Assembly (NCBI GenBank): GCA_043228905.1
Contig: JBHGNT010000008.1
Span: 16,616,001-16,680,000 of the forward strand
DNA length: 64,000 nucleotides
Reading direction: 5' to 3'
Origin: Azolla caroliniana
Lineage: Eukaryota > Plantae > Polypodiophyta
Within the stretch, counting starts at the first letter, position 1. Every line of letters starts with the position of its first letter. Positions 61,101 through 64,000 of the stretch are shown piece after piece. Made by a program: the position numbers and the translations under genes. The notes under the pieces were generated by a model. It was not told where the DNA came from, did no database searches, and saw only the letters and a program-made list of their open reading frames with translations.

Positions 61101-63636
61101 AGTCTACATATGGTGTTAATGCTTGCAAAATATCTACCTCAAATAGAGGGATGATTTTTTGATTATCATCAAAATACTGACTTTCTTCTTCCTCGTCCAA
61201 TCCTTCCATCATATTAACTGCTTCTGCATATACAGGTAAACTCTGTTTGCTTGTTGTCACTTTGTTGTGCGTCGGAATCCTGACCTTGTTTTTTCCTTTT
61301 CTAAATGTTAGCACATTTTGTTTCCAATTTTGTTTAATATTAGCTGTCTTTAACCATGGTCTCCCCAATAACAAGGGGTATGCTCCCTGTGTTTCTAACT
61401 GCAAAATTACTGCTGAAATCTGAAAACTGTGTCCCCCGATTATTACATCCAGTTGTCGAAGCAAACCAATCGGTCGTACCGTACTTGTATCTGCCATTCG
61501 TAACCAAAACGGACATGCTTCCCATTCCGTGATTCCCAGTTTTTCACATGTAGTTTTGTTAATCACATTAACACCCGAGCCTCCATCTATAATCACATTT
61601 CCGATTTCTTGCCCGTAAAGTATTACCTTAATAGACGGATTCTGTTCATCCATGATCGAAGGGTTATTACTTGGCTGATTGTAGTGTACTGCTATTTGTT
61701 CGGAACCTTTATGTGCAATTAATGCTGCCACTTTTTCTGTAAACCTTGGTACTAACTTAAGTAAGCCCTTAAGTGGTAATGACACTTGACAATCAGCCAA
61801 CAGTTTCCAAGTTTCTTCCTGTTCCTTATTCTCCAATGATTGTTGTACAGCGATGTCCTGGTCAATGTTATTGTCTTGTAACATTCGATTCACATTACTT
61901 TGATTTGCTTCATCCACCCATTCCTTTGCTGCCTTCCGAACTTCTTCCTGAATTTCCCACTCTGATTGTTTGCTTTTGCTGCGTGTCGTTACTTGCTGAA
62001 CTTCCGGTATTACCATATTAACTGCTGGACCCTTTCCTTTAACCGGACATTGATTAGCATAATGGCCTAGTTGTCGACAAATGTAACAAGTGGGCACAAA
62101 TGTTGCACTGGTCTCTCCATGTGCAAATTGCCCGTTATTAAATTGCTGCTCTTCATTACCATTCGGGTTTTGTTGGTATTGACGTGTAGCTTTTGGTTTG
62201 TAAAATCTCTTGTTTTTATACCTATTCGGCCTAAATTGTTCAGTATTATCATTTGGTTGTGCTATATTGTGTGGTATCCCGAACTCCTGATTTGGCGGAA
62301 AATTACTCTGTTGAAACATTTGATTATTTTGTGGAACAGTTTGAGTATTATGTTGAAAAGTCATATTACCCGGTTGAAATGCCGGATTTGGTTGAAATGT
62401 AGAATTCGGTTGCACATTCGGACAGTTCTGTTGAAACCCTTGAAATGGTGGATTACCTTGTTGGAAACTTTGATTATTTTGTTGAAAATATTGATTCGGA
62501 TTCTGTACGAATGGTGGGTTGGATTGAGCAAAACCTGGTTGAAATGCTTGAGTCACTTGAGTGGGTTGCATATTTTGTTGTGAAAAGATCTGATTTGGCT
62601 GTAGAACCGGGTTCTGTTGTACATTTTGCTGATTTTGTGAAAAATTATTATTTTGATAACCATTGAACAGATTAGTGTTATTTTGGTAACCATTGTCAGC
62701 AAAAATTTGTCGTACTGACGCCGTAGTCTTATTAAGCAGATTATATTCACATTGTTCTACGGAATGTAATTTTGAATGACATATTGTACAATGTGTTCTT
62801 AACGTACAGTCAATTGCCGAATGCCCCGTATTTAAACAAGTGGTGCATTGAACTGCTTGTCGAAATTGTAACTCCTCCATTGTTGGTAATGTACGGTGTA
62901 ATGCCGACATGTCCATACTCTGAACATTGACCGGTGGTCGACCCATTTCTATTGCTTTATCAATGACTTGTTCGATAGTCTGATTTCTAAAATCGAACAC
63001 TTTCAATGTCGTCCTTAATGGTTCTTTTACAGCTTCTAGAAAGACTTCTTTTAATTCCTTATCCGGAATCGGTCTTGAAATCTGAAGCTGTAAGTTCTGA
63101 AATCGTATCACAAACTGAGATACTGTTTCATTTTTTTCTTGATATAACGCATAAAATTGCGCAATCAAATCCTTCTGCGGAATTTGTTGATGAAATAATT
63201 GTAAAAATTTACTAGTTAATACTTCGAAGGATGGAAATCCTTGAAGACCGTTCTGCGCAAACCAATTAGCGGAATATCCGTCTAATGATAAGACAAACTC
63301 AGCGATGTTTGACTTATCTTTGGCATCTGCCGACAATCGCTGAGCTCCATGGTTAATCTCCCATGTCGTTAAGAAATCCCTAACATGTGCTTCCGCATCT
63401 GTTCCTTCCCGGAACTTAGAATAAGTATAAGGCATATCGTCCCAAATGTCGTAAAACGATACCTCTTCCGTCTGTTTTTCGTCTGAAGGTAATTGATCGG
63501 ATAAGTCAGGAAGTTTCGACCACTTTGTGCTTGATTCCGGCTGTTCTTGCGTAATGAACGCTTGCTGCACTACCTTCGTAACTGACCTTGTACGAGGGCG
63601 CTTACAACTGACCGGTGCCTCCTCTTCATACGACAT
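58144..63636 (-). CDS. Gypsy gag-pol polyprotein (Gag, 3 zinc knuckles, PR, RT, RNase H, integrase)
   Basis: 1830-aa ORF with CTTCLNTGHSAIDC, CTICHSKLHSVEQC, CYICRQLGHYANQC, IIDGGS, FLDDF, VDASD, HCGIAGGH..CDLC and DDE motifs. Confidence 0.97.
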   Translation of the reverse strand: MSYEEEAPVSCKRPRTRSVTKVVQQAFITQEQPESSTKWSKLPDLSDQLPSDEKQTEEVSFYDIWDDMPYTYSKFREGTDAEAHVRDFLTTWEINHGAQRLSADAKDKSNIAEFVLSLDGYSANWFAQNGLQGFPSFEVLTSKFLQLFHQQIPQKDLIAQFYALYQEKNETVSQFVIRFQNLQLQISRPIPDKELKEVFLEAVKEPLRTTLKVFDFRNQTIEQVIDKAIEMGRPPVNVQSMDMSALHRTLPTMEELQFRQAVQCTTCLNTGHSAIDCTLRTHCTICHSKLHSVEQCEYNLLNKTTASVRQIFADNGYQNNTNLFNGYQNNNFSQNQQNVQQNPVLQPNQIFSQQNMQPTQVTQAFQPGFAQSNPPFVQNPNQYFQQNNQSFQQGNPPFQGFQQNCPNVQPNSTFQPNPAFQPGNMTFQHNTQTVPQNNQMFQQSNFPPNQEFGIPHNIAQPNDNTEQFRPNRYKNKRFYKPKATRQYQQNPNGNEEQQFNNGQFAHGETSATFVPTCYICRQLGHYANQCPVKGKGPAVNMVIPEVQQVTTRSKSKQSEWEIQEEVRKAAKEWVDEANQSNVNRMLQDNNIDQDIAVQQSLENKEQEETWKLLADCQVSLPLKGLLKLVPRFTEKVAALIAHKGSEQIAVHYNQPSNNPSIMDEQNPSIKVILYGQEIGNVIIDGGSGVNVINKTTCEKLGITEWEACPFWLRMADTSTVRPIGLLRQLDVIIGGHSFQISAVILQLETQGAYPLLLGRPWLKTANIKQNWKQNVLTFRKGKNKVRIPTHNKVTTSKQSLPVYAEAVNMMEGLDEEEESQYFDDNQKIIPLFEVDILQALTPYVDSHEEVPIDEQTIKEIRMQQEATDKELQVSQRVQAAALEEIDLAGVEDAERKTILIARDLTVNDKRTLTTLLLQYKDVFAWSFDDMKGLDPAFCQHQINLHKDAKPVQQRRYRLNPNYAIKVKEEIDKLLKVGFIRPVKKSTWLSPIVVVPKKNGKIRVCVDYRKLNAATITDAFPLPFTDGILDAVAGHEIYSFLDGFSGYNQVRMNPEDQEKTAFVTEWGVFVAVVMMFGLKTAPATFQRVIQEIFGEYIPAFMQVFLDDFAVYSRKADHFEHLRLCLEKCRKGRLSLNPAKCAFGVMSGTLLGHIVSQEGIAVDPDTVKAIIEATPPTNAKALSRFLGQIRWHSRMMRYLADIAIPLHTAVHKVPFIWTSIEQDAYECLKKMLTKVPVVQPPDWNKPFHVFVDASDIAIGSALMQLSEPNWYRPVYYASRKLSSAERNYSTTEREALGMIYSVNKFRHYLLGKKFTFHVDHSALLYLVSKQELTGKLARWTLLLQEFEFDIIHRPGAQHAIADYLSRLESGEEAVGVKDDFPDTQLFRVEAVKAHEVNEEKEDEWISEMTIFLSTGIPAEHMSTDERKRIAVRSRNFCLFNDMLYHKGADGIWRRAVRKFEKSAILTESHCGIAGGHYAGEATARKIWNSGLWWPTVMKDANEYCKKCDLCQRMGQPTEKDRMPFQPVLPLEPFQKWGLDFVGPFKPAAARTGNRYIIIATDYCTKWVEAKALRDNTAASTAKFLYEYIWCRFGCPIELVSDQGTHFINKLINELTNYYAVVHKKSTPYYPQANGLAESTNKTIQTILKKIVNENRTDWDQKLNSALWAYRTSYKTSIKSTPFRMAFGLEAVMPIEFQIPTLRIQATNKLNEIESEQIRKEALLVLEEERIQSMSALEHKQRQIKAFVNRHRRKSEEQFEIGKPVLVFQTRMGLMPGKLRYRWTGPVWIINSKNGTYQLGSLTGEVLPKWVNGFRLKPYLGDMPVNPFIQTEE

Positions 63637-64000
63637 CCATTCGAATTGTTCTCTGCTTAATTGCAGATGTAACCGGGCGTGCCAAAATTCTTCTGTGTTA
63701 ATCGGCTAATTACTAACTATTACCGATACAGAAGAGTGAACGTCGCTACTCAACGTTCTAACAAGGAATTGTGTTTTACGAACGGAATTATGCTATATTA
63801 ATCGGTAATTACCGTGATCGTTACTTAGTTATAAATTAGGAAGCTTGCACTTAAGATCATAGACAATAGAGAAACACAGAATCCGTACAAGATATTCCTA
63901 ACTTAAACTTATATTACTAAATAAAACGACCTTTCTTACAATGCCTTCGGTTCCCTTTTATAGGTATACCGAAGGTCTTTTCTCATCAAGAACTATTCCT

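Larger units (their letters stand above)
54794..64000 (-). mobile_element. Young, apparently intact non-chromovirus Ty3/Gypsy element with an extra 3' ORF (3' LTR 54794-55250; 5' LTR 63696->64000)
   Basis: The LTRs differ at 3 transitions over the 305 bp that can be compared. PBS-Arg-like TGGCACGCCCGGT at 63672-63684. Two long open ORFs. Inserted in a Copia LTR. Confidence 0.95.

Overview
Eukaryotic, land-plant-like DNA; the retroelement repertoire suggests a moss such as Physcomitrium (inferred, not proven). One intact host gene is present: a 5-exon universal stress protein gene resembling Arabidopsis RD2 (minus strand, 10877-16339). There is also a degenerate intron-containing tRNA-Met. Most of the rest is nested transposable elements: two Tcn1/Tf1-like chromoviruses, three Copia insertions plus a solo Copia LTR, two tRNA-Trp-primed Gypsy relatives, LINE remnants, DNA-transposon remnants and a young, apparently intact Gypsy element (54794->64000) with an extra 882-aa coiled-coil ORF. 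Four patterns stand out. (1) The intact Gypsy has no polypurine tract; an inverted, tRNA-Arg-like second primer site sits in its place. (2) Several dissimilar LTRs carry tRNA-like Pol III A/B-box cassettes, mostly antisense near their 5' tips. (3) The chromoviruses show Tf1-type self-priming. (4) A ~700-bp array of 14-bp palindromes with short variable spacers lies at 40353-41060.
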